DNA of 64,000 nucleotides from Spirochaetia bacterium (lineage in GTDB: Bacteria; Spirochaetota; Spirochaetia; SZUA-6; Bin103): positions 1 through 64,000 of the forward strand of contig CBDATQ010000001.1 of assembly GCA_965199955.1 (NCBI GenBank). Direction: 5' to 3'. The notes under the pieces were generated by a model. It did no database searches. It saw nothing but the letters and a program-made list of their open reading frames with translations, and had not been told where the DNA came from. A program made the translations under genes and the position numbers. Below, in pieces: positions 18,577 to 28,180 of this stretch (positions are counted from its first letter, which is position 1; every line of letters starts with the position of its first letter).

Positions 18577-19873
18577 CGGACGACGTCGCGATGACCATGA
18601 TCGCGACGTAGAGCCACTGCCAGCTCAGGTTGACGAAGCTGCTCGGGCCGATGCCGGCCAGGAAGAACGCCAGCAGGAAGAGAGGCAGGTGACGCAAGGA
18701 GGGGCGGATTCGCGCTCGTAGCACTGCACGATGTCTCAGGTACAGGACCCACAGGAATCCGGAGTACAGGCACAACGTGACCAGCCCGTACTCGCTCAGG
18801 ATTTCGATCCACCAGTTGTGTGGATCGATGATGCCGGAAGTATAGAGGTGAGAGTATTCACGCGTGGCATCCAAGGTGGACGCAAAGTTGCCTCCACCGA
18901 CACCGAACCCGGAGGTGGACACCAACATGTCGATGCCGATTATCGCAAGATTGAGTCGTATCAGCGTCGAGCCCTGAACCAGCAGGGTAGTCGCATAGCG
19001 AGGATCGATGGACGTGAGCAGAGAGAACAAGCGTTGGGTGACGGGCAGAAGTGCGAGCAGCACGCCGACGAAGGCGATGCTGGTCATGTCGATGGCCGTC
19101 AGGCGGGGTCGACGAAACAGGTAGACGATGCCGGTGATCAGAAAGCCATAGATCGCAATGCGGCTGGTGGTGAGGACGCTCAAGAACGCAAGGAGCAGGA
19201 TGAAGCCGATCAGTGCGGTCCTCGCGAGTTGGGCGCGAAGGTTGTCCAGGGTCGTGAGCAGTACGGGAAGGGTCAGTACGAGGAACACTCCGAAATTGTT
19301 GGGGTTGTCGAACGTCGACGCGATAACGGTCGCGCCGAGCCGAGTTTGGGATTCGAACCATGGTCCGGGGAGGTGGTTTCCTGTGAGCAGCTCCCAGAGC
19401 GCCACGCCGGCAGCCAGGATGGCGGCGACGATCCAACCCCGAATGATCCAGCGGAGTGCATCGGGCTTCCAGCTCTCCAGGCTTGCGGCGGCGACGAAGG
19501 AGAGAAAGCCGAAACCTATGGAGAACACTCCACGCACGGCGTCTTGCTGGTAGCGGGCCCAGAGCACCCCCAAGAGAGCCCAGGTAAGCCAGAGGCATCC
19601 CAGGTAGAGATAGGTCCTCATATAGCGGTTGTGCGTCCACGCGAGTCGCGGACAAACGGCGAGCGATGCGAGTGAAATGGCCAGCACGGCAATGCGATAG
19701 GGGAAGAAGTTGACACCGAACGCTTCGACACCACCGAGGTGGGGTCCGACCGCAGCGAGAATGGGAAGCGAAAGCAGACAGAGGATGGAGATGGGGCCGA
19801 TCTTTCGATCGGCTCGGAGCGGTTCGTGGATAGTGGTCGGCAGAGAGGGGTCGATCTGCGGCATATGAGTCAA
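18524..19873 (-). CDS. O-antigen ligase / Wzy-family polymerase
   Basis: Polytopic membrane protein with FDNPNNFG, TTSR, GFGVGGGNF, PHNWWIEILSEYGL. Confidence 0.85.
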   Translation of the reverse strand: MTHMPQIDPSLPTTIHEPLRADRKIGPISILCLLSLPILAAVGPHLGGVEAFGVNFFPYRIAVLAISLASLAVCPRLAWTHNRYMRTYLYLGCLWLTWALLGVLWARYQQDAVRGVFSIGFGFLSFVAAASLESWKPDALRWIIRGWIVAAILAAGVALWELLTGNHLPGPWFESQTRLGATVIASTFDNPNNFGVFLVLTLPVLLTTLDNLRAQLARTALIGFILLLAFLSVLTTSRIAIYGFLITGIVYLFRRPRLTAIDMTSIAFVGVLLALLPVTQRLFSLLTSIDPRYATTLLVQGSTLIRLNLAIIGIDMLVSTSGFGVGGGNFASTLDATREYSHLYTSGIIDPHNWWIEILSEYGLVTLCLYSGFLWVLYLRHRAVLRARIRPSLRHLPLFLLAFFLAGIGPSSFVNLSWQWLYVAIMVIATSSATGERPDPRHHPRRVRA

Positions 19874-19879
19874 GGGCCG

Positions 19880-20117
19880 CTACTGACCGCCTCCACCGGA
19901 GGACGGATCGATCCAGTCTCTCACGGTATTGATCGCCGTGGTGGTATTGTTGAGGAGGCTGATGATCGGGACTACGCGCTGGATGCCCGGACGGCGACGG
20001 TGCCGTCCGGGACGCGCTCTGCGGCTGGCTCGGCAGAGGAGCCTCTGCGGGTCACTCATCGGTTACCCTTTATAGATTCGGGAGCTTGACGGCGCAACTT
20101 GACGGACCCGCCCCCGG
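19880..20117 (-). pseudogene. Collapsed paralog of the wzz-SLBB operon: upstream region and start of wzz fused to the end of the SLBB gene
   Basis: 20046-20117 aligns with 23789-23860 (CTGCGGGTCACTCATCGG...TATAG...CTTGACG). 19880-19988 encodes GIQRVVPIISLLNNTTTAINTVRDWIDP versus GIGRVAPIISLFNNTATAVNTVRDWVDP at 20379-20470. Confidence 0.85.
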
Positions 20118-20296
20118 CCGACGCCACCATCGGCGTCATCGAGTCTGCCGAAAGGTGAGCTCACCTTCTCGTTTCTGACGGTCATGGCCTTGTCCACCAT
20201 CACCTGCGACGGCTTGAGCAGGCCGTTCTCAGGGGAGGGCGCTATCGGCACACGGATCAGGGGTGCATCAACGAGGGTTCCGGACGTGCGCTTCAC
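20113..20296 (-). pseudogene. MazF/PemK toxin C-terminal fragment
   Basis: TLVDAPLIRVPIAPSPENGLLKPSQVMVDKAMTVRNEKVSSPFGRLDDA; the N-terminal half (RP..V motif) is absent. Confidence 0.8.
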
Positions 20297-20378
20297 CGGG
20301 CTGGACGTGGTGTTCCACGGCTGGGAGCTGGCGTACTGCGACGCCGTGACGCCATCACGCCCTCCGGTTGACTGACTG

Positions 20379-22505
20379 CTACGGCGGATCGACCCAGTCG
20401 CGGACGGTGTTGACGGCCGTGGCGGTGTTGTTGAACAGGCTGATGATCGGAGCGACGCGTCCGATGCCTTCCAGCAGGCGCAGGATCACCTGACGTTCGA
20501 CGATCAGGATGTCGCCCGTGCTCACGGGGGCGTCGAGCGCTGCATGCCGCAGGCTGCGGCCGGCCTTGTCGACGAAGTGGACCAGTCCCAGGTCGGCCTC
20601 GCGGGTGGGGCCGCCGGCGCGCAGCAGGTAGTCACTGACGGTGAGGCCGTGCTGGAAGGGGACGATGCCGGGGCGGTTGATCTCGCCCAGCACGGTGACG
20701 AAGACCTCGGCGGCCGGTACGACGATCTGGTCGCGCGGCTGCAGGGGCAGGTCGCCGTTCAGGCCGTCGCCATCCCAGAGCGCGGCGGCGTCGATCTCGA
20801 TGCGCTCGCCGGCGCGGACGACGTAGGTGTCGGCGGCGCGCGCGAACGGGGTCGGGCCGCCGACGGCGTACAGGGCTTCATAGACGGTCATGCCGGGATA
20901 GAACGGCAGGACCAGCCGGACCGGGATCGGCGCGGGCAGGCCGGTGCGGAGCTCCGCGGAGTTGGAGGGAAGGGCGGTGGGCAGAGTGATCGGCCCTTCG
21001 CCGTCGGCGGGCGTGCCGAACACGGCCCCCTCGACGACGACCGCGGAACCGGAGCCGAAGCTGGACAGCACGCGCACGACCGCGCTGTCGCGCAGCGTGA
21101 CCAGCATCCCTTCCTCGAAGGTGACCGCCATGGAGGTGTACTGCCCGTTCACGTCGGGCTGGCGGACCTGCATGCGCCGGCGGTTCGCGTACGGGGTCGG
21201 GCCGCCGGCCTGGTTCACCAGGTCCGCGACCGTGGCGCCGCGCAGCAGGTCGTACTCGCCGGGCAGCTCGATCGCCCCGGTGATGGAGACGGTCACCCGG
21301 TCGATTGGCACGACCACGCGGTCGTTGGCGCGCAGCGGGATGTCCGGGCGGCTTCCGTCCCAGATCGCGGCGGCGTCGAAGGACACCCGGTCCGCGTCGG
21401 CGCGGATGATGAAGCCCGCTCCCCCGGCTGCGTGCGGGGTTGGACCACCGACGGCGGCCATGGCCTGGCGCAGGGACAGGCCGGTCGAGTGGGGAATGGT
21501 CACCTCGACCGGAGTCTTCGGGATCGTGATCGGCGCGGTGCCGTCCTGCGCGCGGCCGTAGAAGGCGCCGGAGAGCACCACCGGGTCGGTGTGGCGGGTG
21601 GTGGAACGGACGATGATGACGTCCTGGTGGCGGAGCGGGATGCGGTCGGCCGTATTGATCGAGGCGGTCCTGCGGGCGAATGATCCTGCTCCGTCGTAGC
21701 CGGAGATCTCGATGTTGTCGGGGTCGGCGTCGGGCAGCAGGCCGCCGGCCCAGGCGACCAGGGCGGTGACTCCTTCGGAGGGCAGCAGCTCGTACGGGCC
21801 CGGATAGCGGACGGCGCCGGCGATGGTGACCGTGGTCTCCGCCACCGGCACGAAGATCCGGTCGCTCGGGCGGAGCAGGGGGTTGAAGTCGTCGCCGCCG
21901 ACCTCGAAGTAGCGGGCCAGGTCGATGCGGCGCGAGGAGCCGTCGGCGCGGGCAAGCTCGATACGGCGGACGCTGCCGTGCCGGTCCACCCCCCCGGCCA
22001 GCCGGATGGCGTCCTGCACGCGGTTGATGGCGTGCACGATCATGGTGCCGGGCGCACGCACGGCGCCGCCCACGAACACCTCGAACCGCGCAGGGGAGAC
22101 CAGCTCGAACTCGATGTAGTCAGCCGGAATTCGGCGCAGGGACTCCAGGATGGAGGCGCGCAGGTCCGAGTACTCGCGTCCGGTGGTCTCCACGGTGCCG
22201 ACGTAGGGAACCTCCAGGACGCCGTCGTCCTGCACCATCAGGTTGAACGGAGCCGTCTCCGGGAGCGCGATCGTCAGCCGGTAGCGGTCGCCCGGTGTGA
22301 CGATGTAGCGCTGGGAGCTCAGCAGCGTGGCCAGCAACTGGGCGTCCGGGAGCGCCGCCGGCGCCGGGACGCGCTGCCCGAATGCGACGGCCGCTTCGCC
22401 GCCGTCGCCGGACTGCGCGGCGGCGCCGTCCTGGGCTGCCGCGCGCAGGACGGCGATGCAGAGGATGGCGAGGATGGCGAGGATGGCGAGTGCGCGTTTC
22501 ATCAT
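20379..22505 (-). CDS. Polysaccharide export protein with multiple SLBB domains (Wza/KpsD-like)
   Basis: Signal peptide; YIVTPGD; repeated V.G.V..PG and AGG SLBB motifs; D.I.VP repeats. Confidence 0.85.
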   Translation of the reverse strand: MMKRALAILAILAILCIAVLRAAAQDGAAAQSGDGGEAAVAFGQRVPAPAALPDAQLLATLLSSQRYIVTPGDRYRLTIALPETAPFNLMVQDDGVLEVPYVGTVETTGREYSDLRASILESLRRIPADYIEFELVSPARFEVFVGGAVRAPGTMIVHAINRVQDAIRLAGGVDRHGSVRRIELARADGSSRRIDLARYFEVGGDDFNPLLRPSDRIFVPVAETTVTIAGAVRYPGPYELLPSEGVTALVAWAGGLLPDADPDNIEISGYDGAGSFARRTASINTADRIPLRHQDVIIVRSTTRHTDPVVLSGAFYGRAQDGTAPITIPKTPVEVTIPHSTGLSLRQAMAAVGGPTPHAAGGAGFIIRADADRVSFDAAAIWDGSRPDIPLRANDRVVVPIDRVTVSITGAIELPGEYDLLRGATVADLVNQAGGPTPYANRRRMQVRQPDVNGQYTSMAVTFEEGMLVTLRDSAVVRVLSSFGSGSAVVVEGAVFGTPADGEGPITLPTALPSNSAELRTGLPAPIPVRLVLPFYPGMTVYEALYAVGGPTPFARAADTYVVRAGERIEIDAAALWDGDGLNGDLPLQPRDQIVVPAAEVFVTVLGEINRPGIVPFQHGLTVSDYLLRAGGPTREADLGLVHFVDKAGRSLRHAALDAPVSTGDILIVERQVILRLLEGIGRVAPIISLFNNTATAVNTVRDWVDPP
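22461..22490. repeat. 9-bp tandem repeat (GAGGATGGC) x3.3 in signal-peptide coding region
   Basis: Encodes LAI-LAI-LAI-L of the SLBB protein. Confidence 0.85.
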
Positions 22506-23803
22506 GTGGGTGGACCTGTTCTCTTCCGCTTGAAGCCGATCTCCCGGCGGATCTCGTCGAGTTGCCGGCGCTGCACGGGGTCGGACTCGGCGCGCTTGAA
22601 ACGCTCGGCCGTGAACGCGGCCAGGATCGATGCCAGGAAGGCCGCCAGGGTGCCGACGATGCAGATCAGGGCGCGGCCGGGGCGGCTCTTGCGGAGCGGC
22701 GCTTCCACCGCCTCGACGATCTGGAAGGCCGACTCCCTGGCGTTCTCCTCGATACGGGCGCTCTCGTACTGGGAGCGCAGGAAGGCGTAGATCGTGTCAT
22801 GAACGCTCAGCTCCGTGGCCAGATCCAGGTACCGGACCCCAAGCGCGGGCAGCTCCTTCAACGGGATCGCGGTGTCCTGAAACTCCACGAAGCCGTGCTC
22901 GATCTCCCGGATGAGCGTACTCAGCTTGTCGAACTCGTTTCGCAGGCGCCGCACGGCAGCGGCGTTCTCTCCCAGCATCTCGATCTGGGAGAGGAGCTCG
23001 ACCTCCTTGCGGTACAGCTCGGTCTTGAGGACGGTCAGGTTCTCGATCGCCGCCTCCGACTGGAACGTGAGGTTGACCACCCCGAACTCCTGCTGGAACT
23101 CGGTGAGCGCGTCCTGCGCCTCCGTCCGGTCCTGCCGCACGGATGCCAGGCGCTCCTCCAGGAAGAGCCTCCTTCGGCGTACGCGCTCGATCGTCAATGC
23201 GTGCATCTTGTCGCGGAGCCGCTGCACGGCGAATTCCAGGCCGGCGGCGGCCTGCTCGGGGTAGTGGTGGTCGTAGGAGATCACCAGCAGGCCGGACTCG
23301 AACCGGTACTCCGTGTTCAGGCTCTCTGCGAGCCGTTCCCGCGCCAGCACGATGTCGTCGTTGCTGGACGCGTCGGTGACCAGCCCCTGCTGGCGCGCGA
23401 GCGCGTCCAGGATCTCCCGGCCGACGAGCAGCTCCTGCGCGCGGCTTGCGTCGGTGCTGGTCCCCGGCGCCAGCAGGCTGGCGAAATCGGCCAGCCCGCC
23501 GGTGTCCGGAATCCGGCTGAGCAGGGTGGCGGCCCCCGCGCCGTAGTCAGGAGCGTCGTCGGCGATCGACACGGTCACGCTGGCGGTGAACCCCGTCGGC
23601 AGCACGTTCAATGGCGACTCCGGGTCCATGGAAACGGCGGCGATATTGTAGGCCAGGAGGACCACGGCCGCGATGCCGGTAGTGGCCACGATGAGGCGCC
23701 GGCGGCGGACCATGACCAGGACCACGTCGAGCACGGTGAAGGTGTCGTCCTGAACGGGGTCCGCGTCCGCATGGGCAGGCGGGGGCAGCTGCGGGTCACT
23801 CAT
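22502..23803 (-). CDS. Wzz/GumC-type chain-length determinant (no kinase domain)
   Basis: Two terminal TM helices flanking a coiled coil; FLEERL; AEAPLRKSRP-type Pro motif before the C-terminal TM. Confidence 0.85.
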   Translation of the reverse strand: MSDPQLPPPAHADADPVQDDTFTVLDVVLVMVRRRRLIVATTGIAAVVLLAYNIAAVSMDPESPLNVLPTGFTASVTVSIADDAPDYGAGAATLLSRIPDTGGLADFASLLAPGTSTDASRAQELLVGREILDALARQQGLVTDASSNDDIVLARERLAESLNTEYRFESGLLVISYDHHYPEQAAAGLEFAVQRLRDKMHALTIERVRRRRLFLEERLASVRQDRTEAQDALTEFQQEFGVVNLTFQSEAAIENLTVLKTELYRKEVELLSQIEMLGENAAAVRRLRNEFDKLSTLIREIEHGFVEFQDTAIPLKELPALGVRYLDLATELSVHDTIYAFLRSQYESARIEENARESAFQIVEAVEAPLRKSRPGRALICIVGTLAAFLASILAAFTAERFKRAESDPVQRRQLDEIRREIGFKRKRTGPPT

Positions 23804-23953
23804 CGGTACCCCTTATAGCGTCGGGTCATTGGCCGTTCGACTTGACGAACCGGCGCCCGGAGCAGCGCCGGATTGAAGCGCCGCCGCCGGCCGTGCCGTA
23901 TAGAGGTCAGGAGGCGGAGATGTATACTGCGGGCAGGGCTGGATGATGACGGC

Positions 23954-24901
23954 CTACGTGAAGCGCAGTCGGGGCAGACACGCCTCGGCGGCGCGGATCT
24001 TCTGCTCGGTCCCCAGGTCGGTCCAGTAGCCATCGGCCAGTACGGCGACCATGCGGCCGTCGGCGGCGACCCGCTCGTAGAGCGATTCGTACTTGACCGC
24101 GCCCTCATGGGCGGCGTAATCGAGCTCGCCATGCTCCAGCGCCTGCGAGGTGCGCACGATCGCCTCGTCGAGGTAGCGGAGGAACAGGCGGCGCGGGTTG
24201 GGGATGATCGAGAAACCGGAGTTGATCGGCGTCCAGCGGCGGCCGGCGCGCTCCAGGAACGGGTTGCGCTCCTTCGGCGCCTTTTCCCGGAAGCCGCGCA
24301 CCAGGCCGCTGGACTCGTCCAGATCCAGGGCGCCGTAGTCGCCCGACTCCTCCCACGGCACCAGCGCGGCGACGTCGATCACGCACTCGCCGGGGTCGAT
24401 GCCGCACGCGGCGGCGCGCTCCAGCCCCTGCCGGTAGCAGCCATACAGGTCAGCGTCGAGCAGGTTGTCGGCGTTGGCGTAGACGACCGGCCGCTCGGGC
24501 AGCCGGCCGGCGGCGTGCAGCTTGACGATCGGGGCGATGGTGCCGGCCGGCCGCTCCTCGATCAGGAGCTCGACCGGCAGGCCGCGGTAGGAGCCGCCGG
24601 CGGCCTGGAAGTGGTGCTGCAGCAGGTCACCGCCCGTGCCGGCGGCCAGGATGATCCGCTCGATCCGCCGGCACGCCGCGTGCACGTCCAGGTGCCACTC
24701 GATCATGGGCCTGACCGGTCCGGCGGGGCCGGCGCGCATCGACGCCAGCGCCTTGGGGCCGGCGGTCCCCCACGCGGAGGCCGGCAGGTGCGGGTGGGTG
24801 GCGCGCTCCAGGCGCTTGCGCCCGTCGGCCAGGCGGGTGCCCTTGCCGCCGGCCAGGGCGATCGACCAGAGGGTTTCCGCCGGCGCCGGCACCGCCGTCA
24901 C
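23954..24901 (-). CDS. Sugar-phosphate nucleotidyltransferase
   Basis: LAGGKGTRL, PKAL, EERPAGT, NADNL, FREK, YWTDLGT. Confidence 0.85.
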   Translation of the reverse strand: MTAVPAPAETLWSIALAGGKGTRLADGRKRLERATHPHLPASAWGTAGPKALASMRAGPAGPVRPMIEWHLDVHAACRRIERIILAAGTGGDLLQHHFQAAGGSYRGLPVELLIEERPAGTIAPIVKLHAAGRLPERPVVYANADNLLDADLYGCYRQGLERAAACGIDPGECVIDVAALVPWEESGDYGALDLDESSGLVRGFREKAPKERNPFLERAGRRWTPINSGFSIIPNPRRLFLRYLDEAIVRTSQALEHGELDYAAHEGAVKYESLYERVAADGRMVAVLADGYWTDLGTEQKIRAAEACLPRLRFT

Positions 24902-26103
24902 GCCCCCGAGGAAATCGACAGGGGCTCGTCGCGCGGCTGGTCGGCGAGGGGCCGGCAGCCGCCGTCTTCGATGACGAAGGACTGCTCGCAGTGCACGGAG
25001 CTGACGTCGTCCGCCCAGACCGCGGACTCCAGGTTCAGCACCATGTCCGCCTCCAGCGGCAGGTCGGCCGGCCGGCTGACGAAGTCGTCTTCGATACGGA
25101 GGCCGGTGTCCGGAACGACGATCGGGTAGTCGCGTACCTCCAGGCCGATGCCGTGGCCGTGCGGGAATCCGTCCAAGCCGGCCGCCGCCAGCGCTTGGCG
25201 CATCGCTTCCGCCGCCGCGGAGGCCGGCGTGCCGGGGGCCAGGTGCTCGACGCCTGCCCGGAGCACGTCGCGCACCGCGGCCTGCCGACGCCGGCAGGCA
25301 TCGTCCGGAGGACCGAAGGCGATGGTGTGGCCGGTGTCCGAGAACCAGGAGCGCAGCCGGCAGCCGTGGTCGAAGTACATGGAACCGCGGTCGGGCAGGC
25401 GGTAGTCCGCCTCGGTCGCCAGGCCGAAGCCGGTGGGGCTGCCGGAAAAGTGATCGAGGTCGGCGCCGTGCTCGGCCAGCTTCATCCGGTACAGGTCGGT
25501 GAGCTCGCGCCAGCTCGACCCCACGCTGGCCACGGCCAGGGTCTCCGCGGCGGCGTACTCCGCGGCCTCGGCGGCGCGCCGCAGCAGGGCGATCTGCGCT
25601 TCATCCTTCACCATGCGGCCGAGGCGCATCAGGTTGGTGCAGTCGCCGGCCCGGCGGCCGCCGGCCAGCACTTCCCATGTGCCGGCTGCCAGCGCCTCAC
25701 GCTCGGCGCCGACGCGGGCCGCGCCGCCCAGCAGATCCAGCAGGGCCTCGGTCCGCGTCGCGCGGCGCGGGCGGCCGAAGGCCTCGGCCACCTTCTCGAA
25801 ACCGTCCGGCAGGTCGCGGGGGGCCGCCTCTCCCGATCCCCACACGACGATCCGGTGGGCGCTGCTGTCCCCGGCGTTGGCGGCCATCTCGGCGGAGACC
25901 AGCAGGGTCACCTCACCCTCGGACGTGAGGAGGACCAGCGCCTGCTGCAGGTCGGAGGAGGCGCCGGGACGCATCATGTAGTCCCGGAACAGCGGATCGA
26001 TCCAGTTGCGGTAGTCGGCCAGGTCGGCGAGCGCAGCCGGCGAGGCGCCGACCAGCACGTCCATCCCGGACGCGCGCATCTCTTCGAGCGTTCGCGTTAC
26101 CAT
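24898..26103 (-). CDS. M24 family (Xaa-Pro) peptidase
   Basis: RMVKDEAQI, DHG...SDTG, HGHGIGLE, NLE, CEQSFVI. Start uncertain. Confidence 0.85.
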   Translation of the reverse strand: MVTRTLEEMRASGMDVLVGASPAALADLADYRNWIDPLFRDYMMRPGASSDLQQALVLLTSEGEVTLLVSAEMAANAGDSSAHRIVVWGSGEAAPRDLPDGFEKVAEAFGRPRRATRTEALLDLLGGAARVGAEREALAAGTWEVLAGGRRAGDCTNLMRLGRMVKDEAQIALLRRAAEAAEYAAAETLAVASVGSSWRELTDLYRMKLAEHGADLDHFSGSPTGFGLATEADYRLPDRGSMYFDHGCRLRSWFSDTGHTIAFGPPDDACRRRQAAVRDVLRAGVEHLAPGTPASAAAEAMRQALAAAGLDGFPHGHGIGLEVRDYPIVVPDTGLRIEDDFVSRPADLPLEADMVLNLESAVWADDVSSVHCEQSFVIEDGGCRPLADQPRDEPLSISSGA

Positions 26104-26109
26104 CGGTCG

Positions 26110-26838
26110 ATGCTCCTGATGCCGCGTCCGCTCACGCTGGGCGGCCTGGACTGCGTGTTGTTCGCGCCGGCGGCCGGCCGCGCGGAGGGACTGGCCGTCT
26201 TCTGCCACGGGTTCGGCGCTCCCGGCGACGACCTGGTGCCGCTGGGCGGCGAGATCCTTGCCGCCCCGGGAACGGAATCGCTGGCGCTGCTGTTTCCGGC
26301 GGCGCCGCTTTCGCTGGCCGGCGAAGGAATGCCGGGCGGGCGCGCGTGGTGGCCGCTGGACCTGAGCCCCCTGCAGACGGGCGCGCCGCTCGATGCCGGG
26401 GAGCTGTCGCGGCGGGTGCCGCCGGGCTCGGCGGAGGCCGCCGAGGCGCTGCGCGAGGCGGTCACCGGCTGCGCGGAGCGGCTGGGGCTGGAGCCGGAGC
26501 GGGTGGTGCTGGGCGGCTTCTCGCAGGGGGCGATGGTGGCCTGCGAGTGCGCATTCCGGTCAGGGACCGCCTGGGCGGGGCTCTGCCTGCTGTCGGGCGC
26601 GCCGCTGGACCTTGCCCGCTGGGGCCGGCAGGCGCGGGCGCTGGCCGGTCGGCCGGTGCTGCAGACGCACGGGCGCCTGGATCCGGTGCTGCCGTACGAG
26701 GGGGCGGAGATGGTGCGCGACACGCTGGCGGCGGCCGGCCTGCGGGTGGACTTCCGCCCGTTCATGGGCGGCCACACGATTCCGCCGGAGGCGCTGGCCA
26801 CGCTGCCGGGGTTCCTGCGGACCGCGGCCGGTCTCTGA
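26110..26838 (+). CDS. Phospholipase/carboxylesterase (alpha/beta hydrolase)
   Basis: CHGFGAPGDDL, GRAWW, GGFSQGAM, HGRLDPVL, GGHTI; TACCAT 6 nt before ATG 26110. Confidence 0.9.
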   Translation: MLLMPRPLTLGGLDCVLFAPAAGRAEGLAVFCHGFGAPGDDLVPLGGEILAAPGTESLALLFPAAPLSLAGEGMPGGRAWWPLDLSPLQTGAPLDAGELSRRVPPGSAEAAEALREAVTGCAERLGLEPERVVLGGFSQGAMVACECAFRSGTAWAGLCLLSGAPLDLARWGRQARALAGRPVLQTHGRLDPVLPYEGAEMVRDTLAAAGLRVDFRPFMGGHTIPPEALATLPGFLRTAAGL

Positions 26839-26839
26839 G

Positions 26840-27067
26840 TCAGTCGGAAGTCTGCGGCGCGGCGGCCTGCGCCGCCGGCGCGAGCAGGCGCACGGCGCCC
26901 TGCACGATCGCGTCAAGCACGAACCAGGTGGCCAGGAAGGCCACGCACTCCAGCGCGAAGTTCCCGAACTTGTAGAACAGGGTCGCGGTCAGGAAGGCGA
27001 CGCCGGCGACCGGGAGCTGGCGGGCCAGCAGGTGGCTGGCGCTGAGGGTTCTGATCAGTTGAAACAT
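26840..27067 (-). CDS. Small hypothetical membrane protein (75 aa)
   Basis: GGAGGT RBS, ATG 27067; two hydrophobic segments around FYKFGNFALEC. Confidence 0.65.
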   Translation of the reverse strand: MFQLIRTLSASHLLARQLPVAGVAFLTATLFYKFGNFALECVAFLATWFVLDAIVQGAVRLLAPAAQAAAPQTSD

Positions 27068-27145
27068 CGATGCACCTCCCCGGGACGGTAGCCCGGAACC
27101 GCGGTCCGTCGCCAGCGTCGAGCGGACCTGTGCTATCATGCTACC

Positions 27146-28159
27146 GTGCTCGCGACCGAGCGCGTCCGCATTGGCAACACCGGCGTCACCGTTACCCGCA
27201 TGGGACTGGGCGGCGCTCCGCTGGCAGCTCTGCGCACCAAGGCCGCCGACAAGGCCGCCGCGGGGGTGATAGCTGCCGCGTGGGAGGCGGGCGTGCGCTA
27301 CTTCGATACCGCCCCCCGTTACGGCAAGGGCCTGTCCGAACAGCGGCTGGGAGAGGCCCTCTCGGGCCTGCCCCGCGACGAGCTGATCATCTCCACCAAG
27401 GTGGGATTCCTGCTCGACCCGGCGAAGCCCGCGCGCACGGGGCGGGTCGACGTTGACGTGATCTGCGACTTCTCGCGCGACGGGGTGCTGCGCTCGCTGG
27501 AGGAAAGCTGCGCCCGGCTGCGCACCGACCGCGTCGACATCGCCCTCATCCACGACCCCGACTGGGCGCCCGACGATCCGGAGGGCGACCCGGAGCGCGC
27601 CACCGGCAGCCACTTCCGGGAGGTGATGGAAGGCGCCTATCCGGCCCTGGAGGAATTGCGCGCCGCCGGCACCGTGGGCGCGGTCGGCCTGGGCATGAAC
27701 CAGTGGCAGATGCTGCTGGAGTTCGCGCGCGCCGGCGATTTCGACTGCTTCATGCTGGCCGGCCGCTACACGCTGCTGGACCAGACCGCGTTGCCGGAGC
27801 TGTTGCCGGAGTGCGCGGAGCGCGGCGTCTCCGTGATCATGGCCTCCGTGTTCAACTCCGGCATCCTGGCCGCCGGGCCGGGCGGCGACGCGACGTTCAA
27901 CTACGCCCCGGCGCCCGCGGAGATCAACGAGCGGGCACGCGGGCTGGAGGCGGTGTGCGCCCGCCACGGGGTGGCGTTGCCGGCCGCCGCGCTGCAGTTC
28001 CCGCTGGCCCATCCGGCCGTCGCGGCCGCCGCCGTGGGGGCGCGCGACGCCGCCGAGCTGCGCGCCGACCTGGCGCATGCCGCCGCGGAGGTGCCGGCGG
28101 CCCTCTGGCGCGAGATCGGCCAGCGCGAGCTGATCGACCCGGCCGCCCCCACCCCGTAG
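27146..28159 (+). CDS. Aldo/keto reductase (D-threo-aldose dehydrogenase-like)
   Basis: FDTAPRYG, STKVG, IHDPD, LAGRYTLL, FNSGIL. Confidence 0.9.
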   Translation: MLATERVRIGNTGVTVTRMGLGGAPLAALRTKAADKAAAGVIAAAWEAGVRYFDTAPRYGKGLSEQRLGEALSGLPRDELIISTKVGFLLDPAKPARTGRVDVDVICDFSRDGVLRSLEESCARLRTDRVDIALIHDPDWAPDDPEGDPERATGSHFREVMEGAYPALEELRAAGTVGAVGLGMNQWQMLLEFARAGDFDCFMLAGRYTLLDQTALPELLPECAERGVSVIMASVFNSGILAAGPGGDATFNYAPAPAEINERARGLEAVCARHGVALPAAALQFPLAHPAVAAAAVGARDAAELRADLAHAAAEVPAALWREIGQRELIDPAAPTP

Positions 28160-28180
28160 CCGCTGCCGCGCGAAGTCCCG

